From Camelus dromedarius (Eukaryota), in contig NC_087436.1 of assembly GCF_036321535.1 (NCBI RefSeq), forward strand, positions 33,668,001 to 33,732,000: 64,000 nucleotides of DNA. Reading direction: 5' to 3'. The translations under genes and the position numbers were made by a program. Below are positions 13,807-28,020 of the stretch, piece after piece (position 1 is the first letter of the stretch; each line of letters opens with the position of its first letter). Below the pieces are notes generated by a model, which ran no database searches, had not been told where the DNA came from, and saw only the letters and a program-made list of their open reading frames with translations.

Positions 13807-14660
13807 TCTTTCTTTTAACAAATATTTACTCACCACCTACAAAATGTCAGAAACTATATTTCATAGGGTGGATATAATAGTAAACAAAAACTTAATAGAG
13901 CTCTGCTTTCATGGAGATGGAATTCTGTCTGAACCAAAACATTAAAACTAATGTTTAAAACAAATGCTGATGTATCTGTGGAAAAGTAGTTATAACAGGC
14001 AGGATTTCATCTTGGGGAAAAAAAAAAAAAGTCAGAAGTAAAGACTCAACTGAAACCTGAAGAAGGAATAGGAAGTACATGGTGAAATGGAAAGTGGCCT
14101 CTTCCAAGAAGCAACAGCAGGTGAAAGCACCTTCTGTATGGGTGTTGTGGGGTATGCAGGACTGGAGGAGGTCTGGCCGGCACTGGAGACCATGACCCAA
14201 GGACAGAGTGAATGACAGCAATGTTACTGAATGCAGAGAACACGGTGGTGTTGTTGTAAAATTAGTTGGAGTGTTCTAGAAAGGTTAACCCCTCCAGGAT
14301 CTTGTAGGCTACAGTGCTGGACTTCATTCTTAGAGAAATAAGAAGCCATTTAAAGGTCTTCAAGAAAGGAATGTATAGGAAGGTGGGGATGTGGTATAAT
14401 AAAATAAATAATAAATAAATACAAACTAATTTGTATTTTAAAATCATCTCCCTCCGTGAAGAAGGAATTTGAGCATATGGGAATGAGATGGGGAGATACC
14501 CTGTAGTAGTCCAGGTGAGAGATGAGGTGTTTTAATCTAGGTTCCCTCCCTGAGAGCTGGAGAGAAGTAGACAGATCCAAGAGAGATTTGGCAGGTTGTG
14601 ATGCTGTGTTAGGGGTGAAGGGAAGTGAAGGAGAGGGAAGACTAAAGAATCAAACCTCAA
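13807..14660 (-). mobile_element. L2 LINE fragment
   Basis: TTAACAAATATTTACTCACCACCTAC start. Typical L2 body (GTAGTAGTCCAGGTGAGAGATGAGGTG). Confidence 0.75.
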
Positions 14661-16229
14661 CTACTGTTGTTAGAGGGTGGTGTTTAAGTGTGCAACAGGA
14701 TTATCAACCAGAATAGTAATTCTCTTGTTCTCAATTGTGTAGCATCTGCAGAGAACATGCTACCTCAGCTTTCCAAGTGTGACTTTCTTTTTCAGGGGAG
14801 GATTAATAGGCCTCTGGTTCTTCAAAAGCTGACATCACAATAGCAGATGGTTTGCCCAAGAAGGGAATGATATGCATTTGAAGGAAAAGGGAAGAACTAG
14901 ATTATACTACTTGATACCCAAAAGATAGAGGACTGTGAGGTTTCAAGATGGGTTGACACCTGTGTTCTACTCCCAGGAAGGATCCTAAGAATATTATTGT
15001 CCCCAAAGGAGGAGGTGCTTCAAAATGGAAACTCGACTATATTTTTTAAAAAATTAAGAGCTATGAGGGAGATCCTGGCAGAGAGGAAATGGATGACAAG
15101 GGGCAGTAAAATGTATCTTCAGATAAACTATGTCATTTGGAAAGTAAGCAATTCTGAGGTCACTGTAATGGGCTGAAGTCCTGATGACTTGCTTCAAGAT
15201 CCCTAGGGTTCTCCTGTCTCTGAAAGACAGGGAAAGGGGCTCTCTATTCCACAATGACTCAGAACTGATTTCCACCCCACCCTGGCAAGTATAGGCTCAG
15301 CCAGACTGGATTTGATGTAGGAAAGCTTATTCCTGCAACTCAAATGCAACAAGTATTTACTGGTCACCATAGAGTAACATTTAATGAGTCTGTTTCTATT
15401 TAGTAATGGGTCTTTTAATAATTGGCTTTCTATGTAATCTATTCTCCTTCTAACAAGTTGGGTATAAAACCCACCCCTACTTCCATTATAATATGAACAG
15501 AAGTCTGACACAAGTGACATACTCCAAACACAGCTTCAACTAGAACTTCGCTGATAAACAAAAATAAACTGAGATAAACTGCTATTCTTTTGAATTTAAA
15601 ACTAACCACCTGCAAGTTTCTTACGGTTTATTAACTATTTTAATCACACTTTATTTTAGATATAAATCAGGATAAGTGCTAGTCAATATAATAACAGATC
15701 ACTTAATATCACCCCTCCCTACATATAATCTTGAATATAAATATAAATCTGAAAAAGTGGCATTTTAAATCCAGAGGGAATTTCCTTCAAGAAGAAAAAC
15801 TACAAGTTCTAAAATTATTTTTTGTTCCTAAGAATAATAATCCTTGATTTTTCTTAAAATTTTCTCCTTGGATAATGGTTTTAAAACTCTCTTCTCTTTT
15901 TAAAAAGTGTAATTTACTGTATCTTATATTTACTTGTAGTGTTATTTTTCAGTTGGAGGTCAGGTTAGAAAGTTGCATATATTTTAAGTGGTTTGTCCAT
16001 AACTGCCTTTCTGGCATGCCTCCTTATTTCAGTGCATAATTTTACATAATATAAAATGTTCAGGAATGTTGTATCATATTGTAGCAGAACTGGCTGTATG
16101 CATAAACTCAAATTACAGAAGCATTATTTCATATTATACAATCAAATTAAGTAAATTTCAAAATATAGTAACACAGGTAAAAATGGTAGAATTATGTTAG
16201 AAACTTGGTATATAAAGATGAGCAAAGAG

Positions 16230-18702
16230 AAGTGGGATCGAGTGCAGACTAAAAAGACACAAGCTCACCTTCTCCCATGAAAACACCAAAACTACAACCA
16301 CATGTAAAACAAATCTCTCTGAGAACAACCTGGAGACTAGCAGAATGCCTCTTTTACAAATAAGAATGGAAAAAAAAAAACACAGAGACACACACACACA
16401 CTCACATTGAGATGATGAGATGATTGAGATGAGTAGAAAGGAAGAGAAGAGAAGCAATCTAGTCAAGACATACACTTCAGTGGGCAATCCAAAAGAGGAA
16501 GGAGATATCACAAACATTGAGGACCTCCCTAAAGTGCAAGAGTTCAAGCCCCACATTGGGCACCTCAGCCCTGGAGTCCAGCACTGGGAAGATAAGGCAC
16601 CATAACTGGTTTTGAAAACCAGTGTGTCTCACAACAGGGAGAACTTGAGGGCTGTAGGAAAACTGAATCTGCTCTTAAAGGGTGTATCCACAAACTTATT
16701 TGTTTCCAGTCCCATTGCAGAGGCAGCACATTAAAAAGTGCTTGGTACTCTAGCTGGCCTGCCATCAGGGCCCTAGCATGCACCCAGTCTGCACTGGGCT
16801 CCAGTTGTAACACCCCACCACCTGCCAAAGGATCAGCCCTGGTGCACTCTGGGAAAAGTCTGGCCCCTTCTGGGCTCCAGCTCCAGTCCTGCCCTCCTTC
16901 AAGGTGCAACCACCTGAATCCCCTAGGAGAAGCTGCAACCTATGCAGAGCTGCAGCTCTAGCCTTTCTGGAAACTGCAGCCTTCCCCTCACCCCACCCTG
17001 AAGGCAACAGCCACCAGCACACCCTGGAAAAAACTTCAGCTCACACTTGCTTCAACTCCAGTCTTCCTGCCAAAGCCCCCAGGAACACACAGACTGCAGA
17101 GGTGCACTCCTACACAAGAACATGCCTTAGAGACTGGGAAAGGTAACTTTTTCACCTGTTTTCATGGAGACAGACACAGAAAGTCAAACAAAATGAAAAG
17201 ACACAGGAACATGTTCCAAACAGAAGAACAAAGGGAAAAAAAATCCTAATGAAATGAGAAAGTAATTTACTTGATAAGAGTTCAAAAGGTCATAAAAAAG
17301 GCTCACCAAAATAGGGAAACAATAAGGGAACACAGTGAGAGCTTCAACAAAGAATTACAAAACAGAAAAAAGAACCAAACAGAGCTGGAAAATACAATAA
17401 CTAAAATACAAAATACACTAGAGGGAAACAACAGCAGACTAAATGATACAGGAAAAATGTATAAGGAACCTGGAAGACAGAATAGTAGGAATCACCCAGT
17501 TGGACCAGAAAAAAGAAAAAAACAATTTTAAATGTAGATATTTAAGAGATCTGAGAAACTACATCAAATTAACTAACACTTTCACTACAGGGGTCCCAGA
17601 AGGAATAGAGAGAAAAAGAGGCAGAAAATATATTTGATGAAATTATGGCTAGAAACTTCCCTAATCTGAAAAAGGAAACAGCTATTCAGGTAAAGGAAGC
17701 ACAGAGAATCCCAAATAAGATGAACCCCAAGAGATCCATACCAAGACACAACATATTTACAATGGTAAAAGTTAAAGGAAGAATTTTAAAGACAGCAAGA
17801 TAAAAACAAAGTCATATACAAAGAAGCCCAATAGGGGTATCAGCTGATTTTTTCAGCAGAAACTTTGCAGTCCACAAAGGAGTAGCATAATATACTTACA
17901 GTGCTCAAAGAAAAAAAAATTACAACCAAGGATTCTCTACCCAGCATGGTTATCATTTAGAATTGAAGAACTGAAGGAGAAAGTGTTTCCCAAACAAAAA
18001 CTAAGATGTACTGCCATTAAACCAGCCTTATAAGAAATGGGTAAAGAGGAAATACAATCCAGCAATTCTACTTCTGAATATTTAACTGAAAAAAAAATTT
18101 TTTTAAAAGCTAGTTGAAAAAGACATATGCATCCCAGTACTCATAGAACAATTATTTCCAATACTTAAGATATGGAAACAATCTAAGTGTCCATTGACAG
18201 ATGAATAAATGAGATTATATATATTTATATTTCCCTTTTAATGGCTGAGTAATATTCCATTATGCAACACATATATAATGGATTATTACTTAACCATAAA
18301 AATGAAAACTAATGAAAGAATGAAATCTTGCAGTTTGTGACACCATGGATGGTCCTTAGAGGGTATTACACTTAATGAAATAAGTCAGAGAAAGACAAAT
18401 ACTATATGTTTCCACTTATATTTGTAATGTAAGAAACAAAACGAATTAATATAACAAAACAGACCCACAGATACAGAGAACAAATTAGTGGTTGCCATGA
18501 GGGAAAGGGGTGCTAGGAGGGGCAAAACAGGCGAAGGGAATTAAGAGGTACAAATCACCAGTTATAAAATAAATGTCAGTGGAATGCAATGTACATTGCA
18601 GAGAATATAGTTAAAATTTTATAACAACTCTGTATGGTGTGTAATCTATAAAAAAAATAAATCAATGTGTTGTATACCTTAAAGTATACTTCATTTAAAA
18701 AA
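16230..18702 (+). mobile_element. ORF2-deleted (half-L1/HAL1-like) LINE-1 derivative: 5'UTR + ORF1 + terminal ~650 bp of L1, TSD-bounded
   Basis: TSD AAAGATGAGCAAAGAG (16214-16229) / AAAGATGAGCAAGGAG (18703-18718). GC-richer 5'UTR. ORF1 remnant joins the extreme end of ORF2 at ~18050, then 3'UTR and poly(A). Confidence 0.85.
17193..18047 (+). pseudogene. Disrupted L1 ORF1p (coiled coil-RRM-CTD)
   Basis: Peptides KNQTELENTITKIQNTLEGNNSRL, LEDRIVGITQ, GVPEGIER, NFPNLKKET, SADFSAETLQ (frameshifted) and LQPRILYPA. Multiple frameshifts and stops. Confidence 0.9.
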
Positions 18703-20820
18703 AAAGATGAGCAAGGAGCATTGTGACATTAACTCTAATAAAATTTGTATTCTGTTATTTAGGAATATATCAATCATTCAAATGGATCAACAAACTTTCA
18801 GTGGTGAGAATGATTTTTCAATTGTGTGAGATGAAGGTATTAGTTGAAAAATTAGGGTACTATTGGTATCAAGACAGGAAATAAGGAGTCAAGACAGCAA
18901 ATGGTTTCCTTAAACCATGCACCAATTACAAACATCTTAATTTTTTTTGGTCATGCCGTCTATTTGTATGGCTAGTCAAAACTTGGCTTTCCATTTATTC
19001 CTATTAGATGTGTGGATTTCCTAATAAACTACAATATATATGTACAGGATATTATAGCATGCAATATCTTAGGTTTTCTCTGTTACTTGTTTTAATTTTA
19101 CCCTTGTTTCTTATTTGCATTCTACTTTTGAAATATTAAGTATTACATATCATTGAAAGCCACTTTAAATCATGTTAAATTCTTTAAAACAGGGCATAAT
19201 GTTTTTAAAAATATAATCAGAAGCATATAAAAATGAGTAATTATCTTGTGCCAAACTTTTGTTAACTTTCTGCAGTTTCCCAGCACATTTCTATGTGTTG
19301 TTTTCTGTAGTGCCTTGGAAAAATTCAAGAACAGAGTGGCCAGAAAAAAATAGTTTCTAAGTACAGTGGAATTTGACACAACATTGTAAAATGACTATAA
19401 CTCAATTTAAAAAAGTTAAAAAAAAATAGTTTCTAAGGCAGTCTGCTGTATGAATGTCTTAGATTCTTTGCATATACCACAACCCAGATTTTTGTATGGT
19501 AAAGACAATTGCCATATGCTCCTGGCTGGTGTTCCATGGGTCACCCTTAATGAATATATCTTGTTGCTTAACATTTGGAATGGCTCGTGTGTAATACTGA
19601 TGGGGCTTCTCAAGAAGCCAGATGTGAAATCTGTATTAGTTCAGGTTGTGAAAATCCATCTATTTATTTTTCAACATGGTCACTGATTTGGAGAATTTTC
19701 ATGTGTGTTTTTATTTAATGCCAGTTTGGTCTGAATATCTGTTTGCCAGTCTCTGAAAGAACATGGTGGCCTTTCTTTATATAATTTATCACATCAAATT
19801 ATTACTGGACCAAATGCTTTAAGCAATCAGAATACATGGAAAACTTTTAGCTCTGTACTACATCTTATCTATAGATTTATTTAAAATCCTCATACTTCTA
19901 CTAATAGGCCAAATTGATGTATGCTTAATTTTTTAATATATGCTTCAATATTTCAGTAATATTGAAAATTCACAAGTACAATACTTCTAGGGCACTTTGC
20001 TGTATAAGAATATGCCCAGGAAAGGCACAATCTCTGTGCTTCTCTATTTTTCCTTCCAAAAACAGAAGTCAGACTTTTTAATTAGGCATGGAGAAAATTT
20101 AGTTGCATGGCCTAAAACTGTTCTTGATTTTTATGTAGGTAAAAAAAAATATAAGCAAGAGTATTTCTACCTCACTTTTTTCCCTCAAATTAGCCAAACA
20201 GAAAAGAAGTACCATTTTTACAATTTATACTCAAACTACAAAGAGCTGCTGCTAAATGCATGAGAAGTAGACCCGATAAAGGGACAAATCAAAGAACACG
20301 TATATCTCTATAGATCTTTGGCAGCACAGAGAGCTTTCCAAAAGTATGTCTCATGACCCAAACAATCTCAAATAAATGTGTTACTTGAAATCGTAACCCA
20401 GCCATAAGTATCAACTGTGGCATCTTCCCCGAGTATCACGTCACCATACAACATAGTGGGGGAAGTACAGAGGAAGCAGAAAGGGAGTGGGCACAGGGGT
20501 GGAGTGAAGGAAGAGTAGATGGTAACTGATTTTTGAACTACTGATCAAAGATAGTCGAAGAGGAACAAATAGTAGCTAAATATTTCATAGACTCACACAC
20601 ACATGCACCTATATTCTTGCTGACCTATGGCTTACTGACTTTAATTGTGAGTTAAGCTAATGCCCTGCTAACTCAAAATTATGGGGGTTGTGGAGAATTA
20701 GCTCACTGGAATGACTACATAGAAGAGATGATTAAGTCTCTGTAACAGATGATTAAAACTACATTCATATTTTGAAACTACCTGTATTTCTAGGTAACTT
20801 CTGTGGCCAGTCTTATTTGT

Positions 20821-20884
20821 CAAAAACAAAACAAAACAAAACAAAACAAAACAAAACAAAACAAAACAAACAAAAAACAAAAAC
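20821..20884. repeat. (AAAAC)n pentanucleotide microsatellite
   Basis: About 9-10 perfect AAAAC units plus a degenerate end, seen directly. Confidence 0.97.
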
Positions 20885-20949
20885 TGCCTGTGAAAAGCAC
20901 CTGTTTTTTAAAAAAAATAGTAATCAGAAAGAGACCAACAGGAAGCTAT

Positions 20950-23900
20950 TGTTGGCTATATGGTAAAACAGAAACTTTCAACCACTCCTAATTAAAACAA
21001 CAAAAAAAGAAGCTCAGAAAAATACTATTTGAATATTTAAATACATCAATGTGTTGGCCAAAACAGAAAGATATCAGATATAGACCCACAGTTATCAATA
21101 AGTACATGAAATAAAAAGAGAACCAATAACAGTTCAAAGTCAAAGATTGTCAATTTGGAAATCAAGTGATAAAAAATTATGACCAGAACTGAATGATGCT
21201 TTTAAGAGTCCTTCTCTCAATATTAGGTCAATGAAGGCTGAAAGTTAAAGGAGGGCTAAAGAATTTCTGAGCAACCATTAAGGTTTAAAAAACAAAGATA
21301 ACACATCTGACCTACTTCACATACTGTAACATTGTACCCCCAAATGACAGAGTTCATAGTCTTCAAGTACATGTAAAACATTTATCAACTTGGATTATAT
21401 GCTTTGACATAAGTTAACTCAACAAATTTCAAAATACTGAAATCAGTCAAGTATTTTGTCTGACTACAGTAGAATTGAACTAAAAGCTAAAAAAATAAAG
21501 ACAGATATAACTACAGTTATAACTGTGTGGATATTTATAAACTTCTGAATAAATGATAGGGAAAAGAATAAAAAAGACAGTAAAAAATATTTCAGTGATC
21601 GATAACGTAAAATATATCAAAATTTTGTGGTATAATGCTAAAGCTGTGCTTACAGAAAAATATAGTCTCACCTGTATATAAGCTGATATTATATAGTCAA
21701 CAAAAAACCATATTAAACCAAGTTACACGAAAAATAATTAAGTGTATATATCAAAAGTATTAATAAAGAAAAATACAGAAAATGAGGAACATCTAAAGTT
21801 GATTGTTTTCAAAAATAAAACTGAAAGACATCTGGCAAGATTGATGGACCAAGATAGAAAAAATACAGTATTACTACAGATCTTATGAAGAAATTATTAT
21901 GGATATTACTAATTTTAAGCCAGGAAATATAAGGAGAAATATAAAATCTGAATATTGCTCTAGCCATTTAAAAAGAATCACTGAGTCTTTTTTCTCTGAG
22001 AAGCACATGCTGAAACAAAGTTATGGTTTTTTTTCCAAGTTTATTGGGCAGTAATAACTGGAAAAACATAAAAAAAAGGAATCATAACTGATTTTATATG
22101 TCTTTACTGGTGAATTCTACCAGATATTTCAGGAAAAAAAAGTGAGAAGAATCTTACACACCCACTTCCAGAAAATAGAGGAGGAGATAATATTTTTAAA
22201 CTCATTTTATGAGGCCAGCAAAACCATGACACCAAAATGATATAAAAAATCACAAAAAAGGAAAGTTCAGACCAATATTCTTCATAAACATATGCATAAA
22301 ATTCCTTAACAAAATATTAAGAGAGAATCTAGCAATGGAAGAAGAGTTAATACAGCATGACCAAAGGGGTTTTATTTTAGGTATGGTAGGTTAGTTTACC
22401 ATTCAGAAACCAACCTGTTGAATTTCCATATTAATTAACCAAAAGAGAAAAGTGATATAATCATTTTAACAGAGGCAGAGAAAACATTTTATAAAATGCC
22501 TGTTCAATTCCAATTTATGTCCAAAATTCTCACAAAGTAGGAATATAATAAAGGTTTCTCAGTATTATAAAGGACATTTACAAAACGTCCCTAGGTATTC
22601 TATAGAAACAAAGTATCTCAATCACCATAATCACTAGTTCACATCATACCCCCACAATAATTTGATTTGCATCACAGAACTAAACATAATAGCTAAAACT
22701 ATCAATTTTCTAGAAGAAGAATATCTGATTGACCTGGCAGCAGATAAAGTTTTCTAAGATAGGAAACATCAAGCAATTACCATAAAAATAATAAAGTAGG
22801 TATCATGCTAAAAAGACATACATATATTAAAAAAAACTTCTGATCATTAAAAAATGCTTTAAAACTCAATAAATAGGCAAGACACCAGGGAAATATTCAT
22901 AAAATATGTATCTGACAAAGGACCACTATCTAGGATATATAAAGAACTCTGATAATTTAACAGTAAAAATACATACTACTCAAAAATAAAATAAGCAAAG
23001 ATTTAAACGAATCCTTTATAAAGGATGTTGCTTCACATAGGAAAGTAAGTACATGGAAATGTAGTTAATTTCATTAGCCATCAGATAAATGAAACTTAAA
23101 ATCATAGTAAAATGCTACTACATATTCACCCGAATAACTACAACTGACTGACAATACCATATACTGTCAAGATCAGGGAGCAATTAAAACTATAAAATAT
23201 GTTTCATGGAGTGTAAAATCACACACTTATTCTAGAAAAAGGATCCATAACCATCTATCCTACCTATTAGGCAGGTGTGTGTTTATGGTTCTGCACCCAT
23301 AAACACACACCTACCTAATAAACCTGTAGTTCTAAATCCTACTTATTTACCAAAGAGAAATAAAAAAGTCCATAAAACAGCATGTACAACAATATTCATA
23401 AAAGCTTTATTCATAAAAACTAAACACAGAACCACATCAGGTGTTCTCCACCATCAGGGTGACTGAAGTTCGGCATAATCGTGTAACAGACTATTACGCT
23501 TCAATAAAAAGTTTTGAAGTACTCGAACAACAGCATGAGCTAAGTGAAAGAAGTCACAGGAAAGACTACATACTGTTCATCTTATTTATATAAACTTGTA
23601 TGAGACACAAAACTAATCTATGGTAAAGAAAATTACAAGAGTAGATGTCCCTGGAGGAGTGAAAGTTAGGGTATTAATTGACTGGAAAGGGGTATGAGGA
23701 AACTTTCTGGCTCTTTGATATTGATTTATATCTTGATGGGAATTTGTGGTACACAGATGTATGCACTTGTCAACACTTATTTAATGGGAAACTTAACACT
23801 TGTGCATTTCTGTGCACAAATAAATTTTATTTCAAAACAATCTGTAAAACATTTAATTCTATATTAATAATCTGTATGCTGACATGTTTAGGTTTGAAAT

Positions 23901-25660
23901 TTACAGATCTGCAAATTATTTTGAAATGTAACAAAAATATCATGAATTGATGGATGAATAGAGGAATTCAGAGTTGGATAAATTGGTTACAAGCAAATAT
24001 ATTAAAATATCATTGTCTAGTTTACATGTTAGGATATAGGGTTTTATGTAAAATTCTTTAAATTTTTTGTATACTTAGAAAGTTTCATAATAAAATACTA
24101 AAAACTGTTACCCTGAAACTAAGAACAAACAGGATATATACCATTATCAATTTTATTCAACATTTACTGGAGATCCAAATCAGAACAATAAAGGCCAGAA
24201 AACAGTATAATGGATATGATTGTAAGTCTGAAATATATCCTCTACTATTCAGAGACAAAATGATTGTATTCTTGGAAGATACTAATAGGATCTAAAGATG
24301 AAGTATCAGAACTGATAAGTACATTTAATAAGTTGCTATATGTCAAGTTAAACTATAAAATTCAATCATATATCCATAAGTCACCATAGAAAATGAAGTA
24401 AAAGTATGAATCCTATGTATATATTTATACACATAAACATCAAATACCTAAGGAAGATATATCTACTTCAAGTTAGTCTGTAGATTCAAAGTAGTCCCAG
24501 TTCAAATCACAGCGTGTTTACTGTAATATTGATGAGAGTACTGTAAAATTTATGTGGAAATCGAAAACGCTATACTAGGGCAACTATGTAGAAGAACAAA
24601 GCCAGAAGACTTAAACTACCAGATTTTGAGACTTATTTCAAAGCTGAAGTAATCAGATCTTTTACGATATTGCCCAAGTTTTGACCACTTGCCCAAGAAT
24701 CAAGGACAGAAATTAACTTTCAGAAAGAGACCAAAAGTCATGTGATTTATGAAAAATTTGTCATTTTAAGGGATTAGATAAAATATGCTCTTTTCAATAA
24801 AAGATACAGGCTCATATGAGGAAAAAAATCTTGAGATGATTAACACCATGCACAAAATATTTAACTATTCTCATTTACAGATACAGTCCATTTGATATTA
24901 AACAATAAAGTTTATGGAACAAAGCAAAATATTGCCATGGCTTTGGGGATTGCATACCTCTCTTAGAGAAAAACACTCAACACTATAAGCAGTAAAGCAA
25001 GTAATGAAAAATGCTGATAATTCTGTCTACACTGACATGAACAACTCCTTGCTCAGAAGAGAACACTAAGAAAAGAAATTATGTAGGATGAAAAATCTAG
25101 ATATCTAATGTACAGCATGATGACTATAGTTAATACTTGACTGAATACAATAATTTGATGAGAGAGCAGATTGCAGGAGCTCTTACCACACACAAAATGG
25201 TAACTGTCAGAAGACATGTTAATTAGTTTGTAGTATCATTTTATTGTGTATATCAAATCATCATGTTGCATACCTTAAATATATACATATTTTATTAAAA
25301 AATAAAAGTGAAATTAATATGCTGACTAAAAGACATCATTGGCGGTAGGTATAATCAGCAAAATTCTCTTAACTGAAATTACATAATTAACTCCTATGAT
25401 TTGAGAGTAAAAGAGGAGGGGGAAGGAGAAAAATGAAAAATCACAGCCATGGAAACAAAGAAAATTAATATATACTAATTTTTCACTAGTAAATTTGAAC
25501 GCCTGGTAGAAATGGATTGTTTTTTAGAAAAAAAAAACACTGAAGAAAATATATTATAAAACAATCCTGAAAGAAAATATATTATAAAAAGATAAAAATT
25601 TAGATTCTTATCTCAGAAAATTTTGAAAGACAAATTATCATGTCATAAATTGAAAAAATG
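20950..25660 (+). mobile_element. Cluster of old, fragmented LINE-1 pieces (nested)
   Basis: ORF2-like segments (TCTGACTACAGTAGAATTGAACTAAAA ~21460; ACTCATTTTATGAGGCCAGCA ~22200). A 3' end at ~24100 and a separate short L1 3' end at ~25085-25307. Confidence 0.8.
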
Positions 25661-25736
25661 TATGGCAGGAACCGTGGCTGGGTTTTTTTTGTACCTCCTT
25701 CAGTACTTAAGAAGTACATACTACTTTGTACATGGT

Positions 25737-26560
25737 TATTTATTCAGTAATATTTCTTGAGCACTTATTAAAAGCAAGACACCCTTGAAAAACTAGGAAT
25801 GAAGTGATTAACATATGTTACATTATCTCTTCTCTTGTGATGTTTATGGAAGTGGCATAAAAGGGTAGTAATTTAATCATCATCTAAATATCAACAAGTG
25901 CTGAGGAGGGAAGTATCAGAGTACTGGCTGTCAGCAGACTTAGTGTGACAGAATGGAAAAGACCCAATATTGAGTTTATGTCTAAAGGATGTGTAAAATT
26001 AACTAGATGAGAAAGGAGAGAGAGATTTCCAAGAAGATGGAACAATGCATGCAGTTTCCTTAAGAAGAGGAAGCAAAATCAAAGGGCCTTCATGGCTGGA
26101 GGATAGAGTGTGAGGGGGAGAAATCTATGAGGTGAGGCAGAACAGGGAGTCATGGGAGGAAGCATTTTGTTGGCCAAGAGAAGAGGACGAGACTTCATCC
26201 TAGGGGCTAAGGAAACTTATTAACGATGGTTATACAAAGAAATGACACACATGAGCAGTTTGGTATTCCGAAAAGATGACACACTGGCTGCAGGGAGAAT
26301 GCCATAGGAGAAAAGCATGGAAAAAAGGACGCTAATGAACCAAGTCATTACAATAGCTACTGTGAAAAATGATAATGGCTTTAGCTTAAGTACACATACC
26401 TGGATAGATAAATTATTGTAGAGTAAAGATGCTGCGTGGTGATGGATTCACTGAGCCAAGAGAATGTGGTCGAGTATGTTAAGAATATAGCCTAGGCTTC
26501 TGGTTTCTCATTTACACACTGAATAGGTGATGGAGACCCCCTAGATGATACAGAACTCTG
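25737..26560 (-). mobile_element. L2 LINE fragment
   Basis: TATTCAGTAATATTTCTTGAGCACTTA start followed by a purine-rich L2 body. Confidence 0.7.
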
Positions 26561-27959
26561 GAAAGGACCCAGGTTTAGGGAGAGGGAGTAGAGTGGCAGA
26601 TGGTAACCATAACTTGCCTTTGAAATACACAATTTAGAGATTTTGAATAAGCAACAGGGCAATTTTCATTATAAATCTGGCATATCTGCAACACTGCAAT
26701 TATTTCAATCAATATAAGGAGTAGTTTGAAACTTGTTGAATTTGTGGGGGTATTATTAATTACTTAATTCTACATCAAATTAATACTTGCATATAAGCAA
26801 AATTAAATAGTTCAGACAAGACTGAAATGAAAAATATCTTGTCTGGCCCCCACTGTCCTCATCCCTGGTCACACTATCTGTAGGGATCACTTTAAGCACT
26901 CAGTTTTTTTAAATTTTGGAGTTGGGTGGTAATAAATCTAGCACTCATCCAAATTTCTCTGAAGTTATCAGTTAGCATTATTTTAAAGTATTGTTTTCTG
27001 AATTACTTTGGTTTCATCTGAACCAATATTTTGTTAACTGTTGCCTAATACTGTCTTGAAGCTTTTCTCAAAAGTTTGGTGGTCATTTTTTGGCCTGTAT
27101 ATTTAAAGTAATGTAACATAAAAGCTTATTTTTAACTATTTCTATAGGTTAAGTTTCTCAGTTGGTAGTCTTTATTTTAGAGTAAATGAAAAGGAAGTTG
27201 AAACTTGTTTATGTAGCTCAAAAATAGCAAAAAGCAGATGTTTTGGTCTAGTGCATCAAATCTACATAAGAACCCAAGTTATCCCCAGAAAATCTGATTC
27301 TTTTGCAGAGGGTGCATAGTTGTAGGGAGTTGATACTTGGTAAGAATTAAAGGCTGATGGTTGAGTTTGGGGTGGGTGGTAAGCAGTATCAACTGTTCCA
27401 CTGACAAACCTTAAATTAATCCCCATGCTTTCAGATCCATTAATTCAATCACCCATTTAACATTTCTGAGTCAAAGTCCATTCAGGGAAAAAAATATCAT
27501 TTAGAGCTTTTTCTGGACAGATTGTTTGTTTACTTATACAAAGTCACGCTCTCTTCTCCCTCTTCCTAATTTTGTTTTCCAAGGAACTTTCAATTATCAC
27601 GCCTCCATTTTCTATATTCCTCTATTTATTTTCTGTTAATGAAAAAAATTCCCCCTTAGCAGTTGACTCATAGTCGGTTAATTTTCCTTGTTGTGTGCTT
27701 AACTTACATATTATTTTTATTTATTTCTATCACTTTTATATAAAAGAAGAGATAATGTGTACAGTTTTGAATAAAACATTTGTGGTATATTTATTGACAG
27801 CTTATTTTTAAATTTTTCATTATTTTGATAAGGAGTTTTATTGTCATTGAAAACAAAGTTGTAATTTTTGTATGCAAAATTTCTCATAGTGCAGAGCACA
27901 ACATAGTTTATATGGGAATAATCTAGGAATCTTTTATTATGTATCTATATAATTTCCAT

Positions 27960-28020
27960 TCCTAGTCCTTTGCCTGACAAGCTAGTAGGCACTCAAAAAA
28001 TATTTATTGGATAAATGAAA
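27960..28020 (+). mobile_element. L2 3' end remnant
   Basis: TGCCTGACAAGCTAGTAGGCACTCAAAAAATATTTATTGGATAAATGAA. Confidence 0.65.

Noticed and set aside
16197..17146. Overlapping ORFs of 61-119 aa
   Set aside because: Within the L1 5'UTR, with no independent coding evidence.
20698..20991. ORFs with FCFVL / KTKQN repeats
   Set aside because: Translation of the (AAAAC)n microsatellite.
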